A stretch of DNA of 39,906 nucleotides from a virus (lineage: Duplodnaviria > Caudoviricetes), in IMG/VR virus record IMGVR_UViG_3300030107_003716, positions 1 through 39,906 of that record; one strand, written 5' to 3'. A model generated the notes under the pieces. The model did not search any database. It had not been told where the DNA came from and worked only from the letters and a program-made list of their open reading frames with translations. Position 1 is the stretch's first letter, and each line of letters opens with the position of its first letter. Below, piece by piece: positions 7,689 through 15,245 of this stretch. The translations under genes were made by a program, and so were the position numbers.

Positions 7689-8831
7689 TTATATCGTCCT
7701 TTCATTTAGTGTTGATTTGGTTTTTGATACCTCACTAGCAATCTGATTTGCTATGTAAGTTTGTGTTACTTTACTGCCAAGCGTATGACCTAGCTGTCTT
7801 TGTACTGAGTCCAATGAATGACCATTGGAAATAAGATGGGTAGCTAATGAATGCCTGAATGAGTACTGGCTTAGCTTTTCGCCTTTGTTTTGTTTAATGC
7901 CCAATTTACGGCATACTTTTTTAAAGGCTACATTAGCATTGTCCTGGTCTTTATCTGAGCCACCTAGGCCCCAAATATCGTCTCCTAATGCCTGAATCCT
8001 ATCGCTGATAGGAGTAGCACTCTGTTTCCCAGTTTTGGCTCTATTGGTTATGATACAAGGAATTATCTCACCATTGTCCCCAATACCATTTAACAAATGC
8101 TTTCTCTTGTTTAAATTCCTAGCATCTACTGGTGATAGGGCGGTATCAATCATGATGGTCCAAAGCGTTCTTGTAAATTCATTTGGAGCATTGTCCACAA
8201 TCAATTCAGCTTGGTCCCTGGTCAATACCTGGTAAGGGGTTTTATCACTACCTGGTTTTTTTAATTTGCCTTTCCTGGCATAGTAATTATCCTTCAGGAT
8301 TTTCTCATTGGTTAACCAGGTGTACAGTGGGTTCAAATAGTTGTGTCGCTTTGTAACTGTTTCGGTCTTATTACCTTGAGCGTACTGGTCTGCATAGAAT
8401 CTATTAATATCAGCAGATGTCAATGCGGCCAGGTCAATCTCACAATCCTTTGCAATTCTCTTATCCTTGGTCCAATCTGATTCCTTGCCAAAGAAAACAA
8501 CAAACGGTTTGATGTTGAACAAGTCCCTTAACCAGGTCCTAGAGCGATTCTTTTCATGTGCGACCCAGTCATCGAATATATCTCTTAGTAGGATTGGCTG
8601 TTGCTCATCACTAGGTACATCTAAAACAATAGGGTCTAAACCATGTTTAAGATTAAAAGCCTTATTTTGAGCCTGGGCGTATCTTTCTTTAATTTGAGTA
8701 ACTGTACATTCACGAGAAGTCCCTAATGGAATCTGCATTCTTTTACCGTTTAAAGTGAACCTATATCTGTAGTCTATATACCCAGCAGACCTGACAATAT
8801 TTCTTAGGTTAGGTAGATTAATCTTCCTCAT
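7689..8831 (-). CDS. int: Tyrosine recombinase / phage integrase
   Basis: N-terminal arm-binding-like beta region (YRYRFTLNGKRMQIPLG); RAKTG, YSFRHS, LGH and TQTY catalytic motifs; start at 8831 after an AAAGGA RBS. Confidence 0.9.
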   Translation of the reverse strand: MRKINLPNLRNIVRSAGYIDYRYRFTLNGKRMQIPLGTSRECTVTQIKERYAQAQNKAFNLKHGLDPIVLDVPSDEQQPILLRDIFDDWVAHEKNRSRTWLRDLFNIKPFVVFFGKESDWTKDKRIAKDCEIDLAALTSADINRFYADQYAQGNKTETVTKRHNYLNPLYTWLTNEKILKDNYYARKGKLKKPGSDKTPYQVLTRDQAELIVDNAPNEFTRTLWTIMIDTALSPVDARNLNKRKHLLNGIGDNGEIIPCIITNRAKTGKQSATPISDRIQALGDDIWGLGGSDKDQDNANVAFKKVCRKLGIKQNKGEKLSQYSFRHSLATHLISNGHSLDSVQRQLGHTLGSKVTQTYIANQIASEVSKTKSTLNERTI

Positions 8832-8852
8832 TTTTTTGTCCTTTCTATTTTT

Positions 8853-8921
8853 GATTTCCATAGATACCCCAGTTGCCCAGGGTATTTCGGCCAGGTATCA
8901 CCTGGCTCTCATCGGTATGGA
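8853..8921 (-). ncRNA. Type I hammerhead ribozyme HHR3 (upstream of the integrase)
   Basis: Minus strand: UCCAUA CCGAUGA G A GCCAGGU-GAU-ACCUGGC C GAAA UACCCUGG-GCAA-CUGGGGUA UC|UAUGGA AAUC; predicted cleavage after AUC, between 8863 and 8862. Confidence 0.85.
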
Positions 8922-9470
8922 TTAGTGACTGCTTATATCAAGTTTTTCCTTATCAAAAAAGTTAAAACCAACTTCACCTTTTATAGAACTTATCTGCTTC
9001 CTTAATTCGTCTATCTTATCCTTCATTTCTTTTACATCCTTAAGTGCAGTACTAACCTTATCGATAGGGAATTCATGTACGGGCCAAGTCTTCTCAACAT
9101 CACCAGGTTTAGTATAGTCCCAGTCAGGTCCTAAGCGAACATATTCAGTAACTTTCTCCACTGCACCATTAGGGTAAGGATAGTATAAAATATCCAATTC
9201 TAAACATACACTCTTAGCATACCAGTGTTTAAAGCGAAATTCATATCCAGCATAGCCACGACTATGAAATACATTTTCAGACTGGCAAACGCCTTCAATA
9301 ATTGTCGCTATTTTGCTTTCCAATTTCTTTAACTGATGTGCCCTTAAAGAGTTGTCTTTCTTTTGCTTCCAGTTCTCTGTGAGCCACTCATTGACTCGCT
9401 TACCTACTGTCTGACAAACTACATGAAGTAGTTGTGTATTCCAGACTGAATTATGGTTAAATAGTATCAT
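8922..9470 (-). CDS. Hypothetical protein (182 aa) flanked by hammerheads
   Basis: AAAGGACAATAATCATG RBS; stop codon abuts HHR3. Confidence 0.8.
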   Translation of the reverse strand: MILFNHNSVWNTQLLHVVCQTVGKRVNEWLTENWKQKKDNSLRAHQLKKLESKIATIIEGVCQSENVFHSRGYAGYEFRFKHWYAKSVCLELDILYYPYPNGAVEKVTEYVRLGPDWDYTKPGDVEKTWPVHEFPIDKVSTALKDVKEMKDKIDELRKQISSIKGEVGFNFFDKEKLDISSH

Positions 9471-9592
9471 GATTATTGTCCTTTCTTGATTGTTATTTGA
9501 TTCAAATATGGTGCCAAACCAGTAACCCCTCTAGCGGCCAATTCTGGACCGTTAGAATTATAACTGTTGATGGTTATTTTTATTACTGTTTT

Positions 9593-9657
9593 CGCTTCCA
9601 TAGAAGCCCCAGGAAGGGGCTTTTCGACCAGGTGCGACCTGGTACTCATCGGTATGG
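9593..9657 (-). ncRNA. Type I hammerhead ribozyme HHR2
   Basis: Minus strand: CCAUA CCGAUGA G U ACCAGGU-CGC-ACCUGGU C GAAA AGCCCC-UUCCU-GGGGCU UC|UAUGG AAGCG; predicted cleavage after UUC, between 9603 and 9602. Confidence 0.85.
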
Positions 9658-10200
9658 TTATTTTAATAGCTTATTAGCTTTTCTAATCTCCATCCTAGCT
9701 AGGGCTTCACGGGCGTATCTGGTAACATAACCATCATCATCAAATGCACCAGGATTACCTTCAACTGGATAGGTGTAATGTATTCCATTAATACCAATAA
9801 CGAATTGAGCCTTAGAATCGTCAGCCCTATCACGCTCAGCTTTTGTTTCTACCTGGTAATCTTTGCCACCTACTACGATAGTTCTATTATGACTACCGCC
9901 TTTTTTAGCAGTGTGATATACTGGTGAGAAACGAGCATAACCAGCTTGTATCTCAGCATTGAGTACCTTTACTTGCCAATCAACAGCTTCTTGCCTTTCC
10001 TCAGTGCAGATTATTTTAGTTTCCTTCTTTGTGAAGCCGTCTCCATCTATCCAAACATAATCCCTTTCTTCTTCGACTTCTTTTTTGTCAAAGCTACCAA
10101 ATTCAGGGGTCCACTTATCACCTGGTAAGGCCCAGCCTGATTTAGTAGCGTTGCTTTCTTCAGTTTTGTGTAAAACTAAGAGAGTGTAATAGTTTTTCAT
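9658..10200 (-). CDS. Hypothetical protein (180 aa) flanked by hammerheads
   Basis: Likely start is ATG 10200 (MKNYY) after AAAGGACAATAATC; the longer ORF-track call runs through HHR1. Confidence 0.8.
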   Translation of the reverse strand: MKNYYTLLVLHKTEESNATKSGWALPGDKWTPEFGSFDKKEVEEERDYVWIDGDGFTKKETKIICTEERQEAVDWQVKVLNAEIQAGYARFSPVYHTAKKGGSHNRTIVVGGKDYQVETKAERDRADDSKAQFVIGINGIHYTYPVEGNPGAFDDDGYVTRYAREALARMEIRKANKLLK

Positions 10201-10227
10201 GATTATTGTCCTTTTCTTGTTTGTTTT

Positions 10228-10286
10228 AGTTTCCATAGACCCGTGGGTTTCGGCCCAGGAACCACCTGGGCCATCATCAGTATGGA
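10228..10286 (-). ncRNA. Type I hammerhead ribozyme HHR1
   Basis: Minus strand: UCCAUA CUGAUGA U GGCCCAGG-UGGUU-CCUGGGCC GAAA CC-CACG-GG UC|UAUGGA AACU; canonical core; cleavage after GUC, between 10238 and 10237. Confidence 0.9.
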
Positions 10287-10288
10287 TG

Positions 10289-10675
10289 TTACTCTTCTTC
10301 AGAACCAAACTCTCTGTTTTTATAATTTTGCACAGCACCATCAAGTACATCTTCTTCCTCAGTGAAGACTACGATTGTATTTTCAAGCTCCTTGCTGTAA
10401 TTGACTTGAGTAACAATGGGCCAGTCACCTGATTTTCTGCTGTATGCATCTGGGTGACTGTAATCAACTAGTCTAAGTGTACCCATCCAGTTCCAGATAG
10501 CTAGTTTTTCTGGGTTCTCAGCTACTTTGTAATTATGGATAAATTTGGCATCGAACCTGAATATGCCCTGGTCGATAGTTTTTAAGACATCATGGTCAAT
10601 AGACTTCTTAATGAACTTCTTCCAAGACTCGGTTGTGATGCTGGTTTCTACTTTGTAATCTGTGATGTAAAACAT
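10289..10675 (-). CDS. Hypothetical protein (128 aa), first gene of the integrase operon
   Basis: ATG 10675 (MFYIT) after AAAGGACAATAAAT. Confidence 0.75.
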   Translation of the reverse strand: MFYITDYKVETSITTESWKKFIKKSIDHDVLKTIDQGIFRFDAKFIHNYKVAENPEKLAIWNWMGTLRLVDYSHPDAYSRKSGDWPIVTQVNYSKELENTIVVFTEEEDVLDGAVQNYKNREFGSEEE

Positions 10676-10786
10676 ATTTATTGTCCTTTCTTGTGCCCAG
10701 AACAAAAGCTAAGTCCTGATATTGCTAGACTTACACACTCTGTGTCTCTCTGGTTCTCTTGGGCGTTGATTATTTTCATGTCCTAT

Positions 10787-10814
10787 GTTATAGTGTAACA
10801 CCTATATGTGTCAA
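10787..10814 (-). promoter_or_regulatory. Sigma70-type promoter of the ribozyme/integrase operon
   Basis: Minus strand TTGACA-16 nt-TATAAC, about 110 nt upstream of the first gene. Confidence 0.7.
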
Positions 10815-10907
10815 GTAGTTTTATAAATTAATATATTTGTACTGTAGGATAGTACTGCACCTATATATATACTCAGTGAATTTTATCAGGTAAAAAACAG
10901 GTAGCAC

Positions 10908-11384
10908 ATGAGTAATAAAGGTCAATTTAAAAAGGGACAATCTGGTAACCCACTCGGTAGGCCAAAGACATCAGCGAAGGACTTAGTCAGGATGCATCCC
11001 CAGAAGAATGAGTTAGTACAGAAGCTGTTTGATGTAGCGATGGATGACGGTGACAAAAGGCAAGTATCAGCCTGGCGTATCTTACTGCCAAAGATGGTCC
11101 CAGATTTAAAAGCGATGCAGATGGAAGTCGAGCAAAAGAACATTACTGGTGTCATTGTTCTACCGCCTAAAGTGGAATTGGACCCCAAGAAAATAAGTAC
11201 CAGCGGACAGAGCGAGAGCGAAACTTTTCTTAATCCAGGTCCAGGTGATGTTAGCCAGGCTGAATCCCAGGCCAATGGGCACAATGTGGGCACAAATCAG
11301 TCCTCACCGAGGGAAGGCACACGCTTACAGAGCGAGTCCAGCCCAGTCCCCGACCCAGATGTGCAAGTGAGTGCCGATGCATAA
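10908..11384 (+). CDS. Terminase small subunit-like protein
   Basis: FKKGQSGNPLGRPK N-terminal motif; upstream of the large terminase; low-complexity tail. Confidence 0.7.
   Translation: MSNKGQFKKGQSGNPLGRPKTSAKDLVRMHPQKNELVQKLFDVAMDDGDKRQVSAWRILLPKMVPDLKAMQMEVEQKNITGVIVLPPKVELDPKKISTSGQSESETFLNPGPGDVSQAESQANGHNVGTNQSSPREGTRLQSESSPVPDPDVQVSADA
11275..11296 (-). repeat. Third, inverted pair of the attP arm motif (TTTGTGCCCAC ATTGTGCCCAT)
   Basis: Reverse complement of ATGGGCACAATGTGGGCACAAA. Confidence 0.65.
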
Positions 11385-11496
11385 TTTAAAGGTGTTGCGA
11401 ACCATTATTATTGCGAGGGGGGCATCCGTCTCCTCGGGTCCCATCGGCCCCATATACCATTGGGACTCCTAGACAGAATATGAAAAACTTTTTCTA

Positions 11497-11637
11497 ATGA
11501 GAGCCACAGAGTACATCGACTTAATAACTAGGAAGGCCCTACCAGATAAAGATGAATATAGCCACTTAGAAATACATGACGAGGACGGGAAGCTAAAAAA
11601 GCAATATCGTGAAGCAAGAAAGAATTATAGAAAATGA
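11497..11637 (+). CDS. 46-aa hypothetical protein
   Basis: Open frame MRATEYIDL...; no clear RBS. Confidence 0.35.
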   Translation: MRATEYIDLITRKALPDKDEYSHLEIHDEDGKLKKQYREARKNYRK

Positions 11638-11734
11638 AAATCACCATCACCGTTACCTACCTAAAAATGGATAGCCCCACTGATATAACGCCCTATCCAG
11701 GACCCTGGAGAAAAAATAATAATATGAAAAATAT

Positions 11735-11941
11735 ATGTTTGAACCTTGCCCGAAAATAGATGATAGAATCTGTGCTTTAGCATCTAAAAGCACCTGGCAT
11801 CCACATAAACAGAGGTTTACGGACCAAAAGTACACATATTGCGGTTTGGCAAGTGGTTACGATAATCGGGTTAAAGCATTACCTAAATGTTGGAAAGACA
11901 TGACAACCTACCAACAAAACAAAGCAAAGAAAGGTTATTAA
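11735..11941 (+). CDS. Small Cys-rich hypothetical protein
   Basis: Four Cys residues; stop overlaps the terminase ATG. Confidence 0.55.
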   Translation: MFEPCPKIDDRICALASKSTWHPHKQRFTDQKYTYCGLASGYDNRVKALPKCWKDMTTYQQNKAKKGY

Positions 11942-13302
11942 TGCAAATACACTGGGAGCCACATCCGAGACAAGCATTTGCATTAGCTAGACAAGAATTT
12001 GAAATAGCATTTGGCGGCTCTAGGGGGGGTGGCAAATCGAGCTGTCTAATGGCCTGGATGGTAGACCCACAATATATAAATCACCCAGAATTTCGGGGCC
12101 TGGTCATAAGGCGTAACTATGACGATTTAAGGGACTATATCGATAGGGCTTCTACAATGTATAAGCATCTAGGTGTGGAAGTTGTAGGTAATCCAGCAGA
12201 ATTCCGCTTTCCAACGGGTGCAATCATTCGAACGGGTCACTTAATGGATAAACAAGCTTATCAGAAATACCAGGGCCATGAGTACCAAAAAATGGGGATA
12301 GAAGAAGCTACACTAATTGCAGATGAGGAAGATTACTTAAAGTTAATCTCTAGCTGTAGAAGTACGATAGGATTGACCCCACAAATATTTCTGACTTGTA
12401 ACCCAGGTGGACCAGGACATAATTGGTTTAAGTCCAGGTTTGTGAATAATGAACCTGAAAAAACCTTTTATGACCCCGTGACTAGTAGGACCAGAATATT
12501 TATACCGAGTAGAATCCATGATAATCCAACCTTAATGGAAGAAGACCCAGGATATATGGAAATGTTAAAGGGTTTACCAGATGAATTAAGAAGGGCCTGG
12601 TTAGATGGAGATTGGGATGTTTATTATGGTCAATATTTTGCATCCTGGCGTTATGATGTTCATGTATGTGAACCGTTTCCAATTCCAAGTACCTGGTACA
12701 AATATCGTGGTATTGATTATGGTTTTAAATCACCTTTTGCAGTTACCTGGTTGGCTGTAGACCCTCAAAAAAATGTTTATATGTATCGAGACTATTATGT
12801 ATCCGAATTAGAATTATCGGGCCATATGGATGCAATTAACGCTATGAGTGATGGTGAAGAGTATCGTGGCACATTAGGGGACCCAAGTATGTGGATACGA
12901 AATCCCCAAAATATGAATAAATCTGATGGCGTAGCTGGTAGTCATATGGCGATAGCAGATATTCTCAGAAAAGGGGGAATAAATTGCATAAAAGCAAATA
13001 ATAACCGCCTGAACGGTTGGAACCTTCTGCGAGAGTATCTAAAATGGGATGAAGAAACACCGCCTAAGTTTCATGTGTTTAAGACTTGTCGCAAGTTTAT
13101 TGAAACTTTACCAATGTTGGTTCATGATATTAGGCGGCCTGAAGATTTAGATACAAAAGGGCCTGACCATTTAGCGGATGCTTGTCGTTATGCCCTTATG
13201 AGTATTGGAAATCCAGAAATGGAAGAAGCTAAACCATGGATAGTAAAACTGATGCAGAAGTTCGAAGCAAACAAGACAGACACTCCAGGGTTAAGAGGGT
13301 AA
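11941..13302 (+). CDS. terL: Terminase large subunit
   Basis: Walker A GGSRGGGKS, Walker B GIEEA, coupling motif TCNPGG, nuclease GIDYG and DHLADACRY; start at ATG 11941. Confidence 0.95.
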   Translation: MQIHWEPHPRQAFALARQEFEIAFGGSRGGGKSSCLMAWMVDPQYINHPEFRGLVIRRNYDDLRDYIDRASTMYKHLGVEVVGNPAEFRFPTGAIIRTGHLMDKQAYQKYQGHEYQKMGIEEATLIADEEDYLKLISSCRSTIGLTPQIFLTCNPGGPGHNWFKSRFVNNEPEKTFYDPVTSRTRIFIPSRIHDNPTLMEEDPGYMEMLKGLPDELRRAWLDGDWDVYYGQYFASWRYDVHVCEPFPIPSTWYKYRGIDYGFKSPFAVTWLAVDPQKNVYMYRDYYVSELELSGHMDAINAMSDGEEYRGTLGDPSMWIRNPQNMNKSDGVAGSHMAIADILRKGGINCIKANNNRLNGWNLLREYLKWDEETPPKFHVFKTCRKFIETLPMLVHDIRRPEDLDTKGPDHLADACRYALMSIGNPEMEEAKPWIVKLMQKFEANKTDTPGLRG

Positions 13303-13466
13303 TAGAAAGATATGATTTTGAAAATGGAACATGGCATCGAGTGGAGTTATTCGAAGGCGATGAACTTATTGAGATGTCTGAGGATTTACGAGATGCATAT
13401 CTTGATATTATTACCAGTATCTCTGATATAATGTCATCTGGGTATAACTATAACGAGCAAAATTAA
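13236..13466 (+). CDS. Hypothetical protein (start uncertain)
   Basis: Fills the gap between terL and the portal; stop abuts the portal ATG. Confidence 0.5.
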   Translation: MDSKTDAEVRSKQDRHSRVKRVIERYDFENGTWHRVELFEGDELIEMSEDLRDAYLDIITSISDIMSSGYNYNEQN

Positions 13467-15245
13467 ATGGCAGAAAAATTCCAACCTAACCACAAAGAAA
13501 AAGAATTAATTAAAAAAGTTAACGCCATGATAGACCTGGCAAAAAGAGCCAGGGGGAAAACATCAAAGGTATGGCGTGAATCCGAAAAATTATATATGGG
13601 TGAACACTGGTCTGGTTTAAATATGCCAGAGTATAAAAATCAGCTTACGCTGGACATGATAGCGAATGTGATAGATACACAAATCCCTATTATGTCCTCG
13701 AAGCCACCCAAAATAGATGTTATACCCGTAGGGTCCACTGATGAATCAACATTTATCGCCAATACTCTCCAAGCACAACTGGACGATTTGTGGTATATGA
13801 GAGATATGGCAACACTTGTTCCAGAATGGCTTACTGACTATTTGGTATATGGGACTGGTATTGTCAAGCTAAATTGGAATATGCATGACGATTTACCAGA
13901 TTGCGACATGGTGGACCCTTTCTCATTTTATGTCAATCCTAGTGCTACCAAACTAGAAAATGCACAATGGATAATTCATATGGCTCCTAGGCCAATATAT
14001 GAGATAAGAGAATTATTTCCCGAAAAAGGTAAATATGTTGAATCGATGAGTAAGCTTAATGAACATGAAGCATTAAAGATTACAGATGTTCAGCAAGGAG
14101 ATAGGAATTTGGTCCAGGTAACTGATACTCAGGGGAAAGAAACTAATTACTTTGATGGCGAAACTGAAGCTATGCAAAACTTGGAAGAACGAGCCTTACT
14201 GGTTGAAGTGTATATGAGGGACGGGAGTCTTGAGTATACGAAAGAAGAAGCTGATGGTGAAAAGGTTGGCAAACCAAAATATCCAGGGGGTATACGAAAG
14301 ATTTGTATGGCTAACGATGTCATATTATACGATGGTCCGTCTAGATATCAGTTCCTGGATAAAATGAACAGATGTCCTTACCCATTTCCATTTGTTGTAA
14401 TGAAAAACGGTGGGTCCGCACATTCATTCTGGGGGAAGCCTGAACCAAAAAGATTAAAAAGTATTAATCTAGCATTGGATAGAATTGCATCCCAGGTTAT
14501 GGATAATATTCATCTTATGGCAAATCCTATGTGGGTGATTGATGAAACTAGCGATGTCCAGGACCAAATAAATAATAAGCCTGGCAGTGTTATTAGGAAA
14601 AGAGGGCCAGGTGCAGTAAATATGGTTCAACCCTCAAGTATGCCTGGATATGTTTTCAATTTTTATCAATTAATGGTTGATATGTTTGAAACAGTCTCTG
14701 GAGTTACTAGGTCCACGATGGGTAAGCAAGAACCAAATGTAACTAGTGGTATCCAAGCACAAACCTATCAAAAGGCGGCAACCAATAAAATTGATTTTAA
14801 AGCCAGGCAATTAGATGCGGCAATGCAGATACTGGGCCAGATGTGGATAGCGATGATTAAGAACATGGGAACAGAGATGCATTCATTGGCTATGACAGAT
14901 ACAGAAGGAAACCCAGCCCAGGTTAACTATATGGGAATGGAATTCAATGATGTAGATACAATGGTCAGGGCAAGGGTTGGTTCTATGTTGCCTGATAATC
15001 GTGCATATATTGAAGAAAAGATATTGACTTTAGCACAAGCTGGGCTAATTCAGGACCCAGAATATATATTAGAAAATATGCAATTGCCTGGTATGGAAAG
15101 ATTAATTGCTAAGATGCGAGAACAAAAACAACAACAACAAGCATCTCCAGAAGACTTTGAAGGAATGAGTGAGGATGAAATATTTAAGCAATTACAATCC
15201 AATCCTCAATTAATGCAAAACATGAATGGAGTTGATAATGCCTGA
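13467..15245 (+). CDS. Portal protein (P22-like)
   Basis: Size and position; YGTGIVK, VDPFSFYVNP and TSGIQ motifs; Q-rich C-terminus. Confidence 0.9.
   Translation: MAEKFQPNHKEKELIKKVNAMIDLAKRARGKTSKVWRESEKLYMGEHWSGLNMPEYKNQLTLDMIANVIDTQIPIMSSKPPKIDVIPVGSTDESTFIANTLQAQLDDLWYMRDMATLVPEWLTDYLVYGTGIVKLNWNMHDDLPDCDMVDPFSFYVNPSATKLENAQWIIHMAPRPIYEIRELFPEKGKYVESMSKLNEHEALKITDVQQGDRNLVQVTDTQGKETNYFDGETEAMQNLEERALLVEVYMRDGSLEYTKEEADGEKVGKPKYPGGIRKICMANDVILYDGPSRYQFLDKMNRCPYPFPFVVMKNGGSAHSFWGKPEPKRLKSINLALDRIASQVMDNIHLMANPMWVIDETSDVQDQINNKPGSVIRKRGPGAVNMVQPSSMPGYVFNFYQLMVDMFETVSGVTRSTMGKQEPNVTSGIQAQTYQKAATNKIDFKARQLDAAMQILGQMWIAMIKNMGTEMHSLAMTDTEGNPAQVNYMGMEFNDVDTMVRARVGSMLPDNRAYIEEKILTLAQAGLIQDPEYILENMQLPGMERLIAKMREQKQQQQASPEDFEGMSEDEIFKQLQSNPQLMQNMNGVDNA

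Noticed and set aside
9520-9570. Twister ribozyme, suggested by UAA...CGGUCC...GAGGG
   Set aside because: Lacks the conserved P4 loop and the T1/T2 pseudoknot pairings; kept only as an unassigned structure
8853-10286. Repeats read as a CRISPR array, terminators or integron attC sites
   Set aside because: Spacers are whole genes, there are no cas genes or T tracts, and the conserved positions match the hammerhead catalytic core
10201-10350. ORF-track N-terminal extension of the 9658 gene (230 aa)
   Set aside because: It overlaps the upstream gene and runs through HHR1; a strong RBS supports ATG 10200
10690-10770. Hairpin ribozyme, suggested by CCAGAGAGACAC resembling the loop B strand
   Set aside because: The partner strand (GUAUAUUAC-like) and a suitably placed loop A are missing
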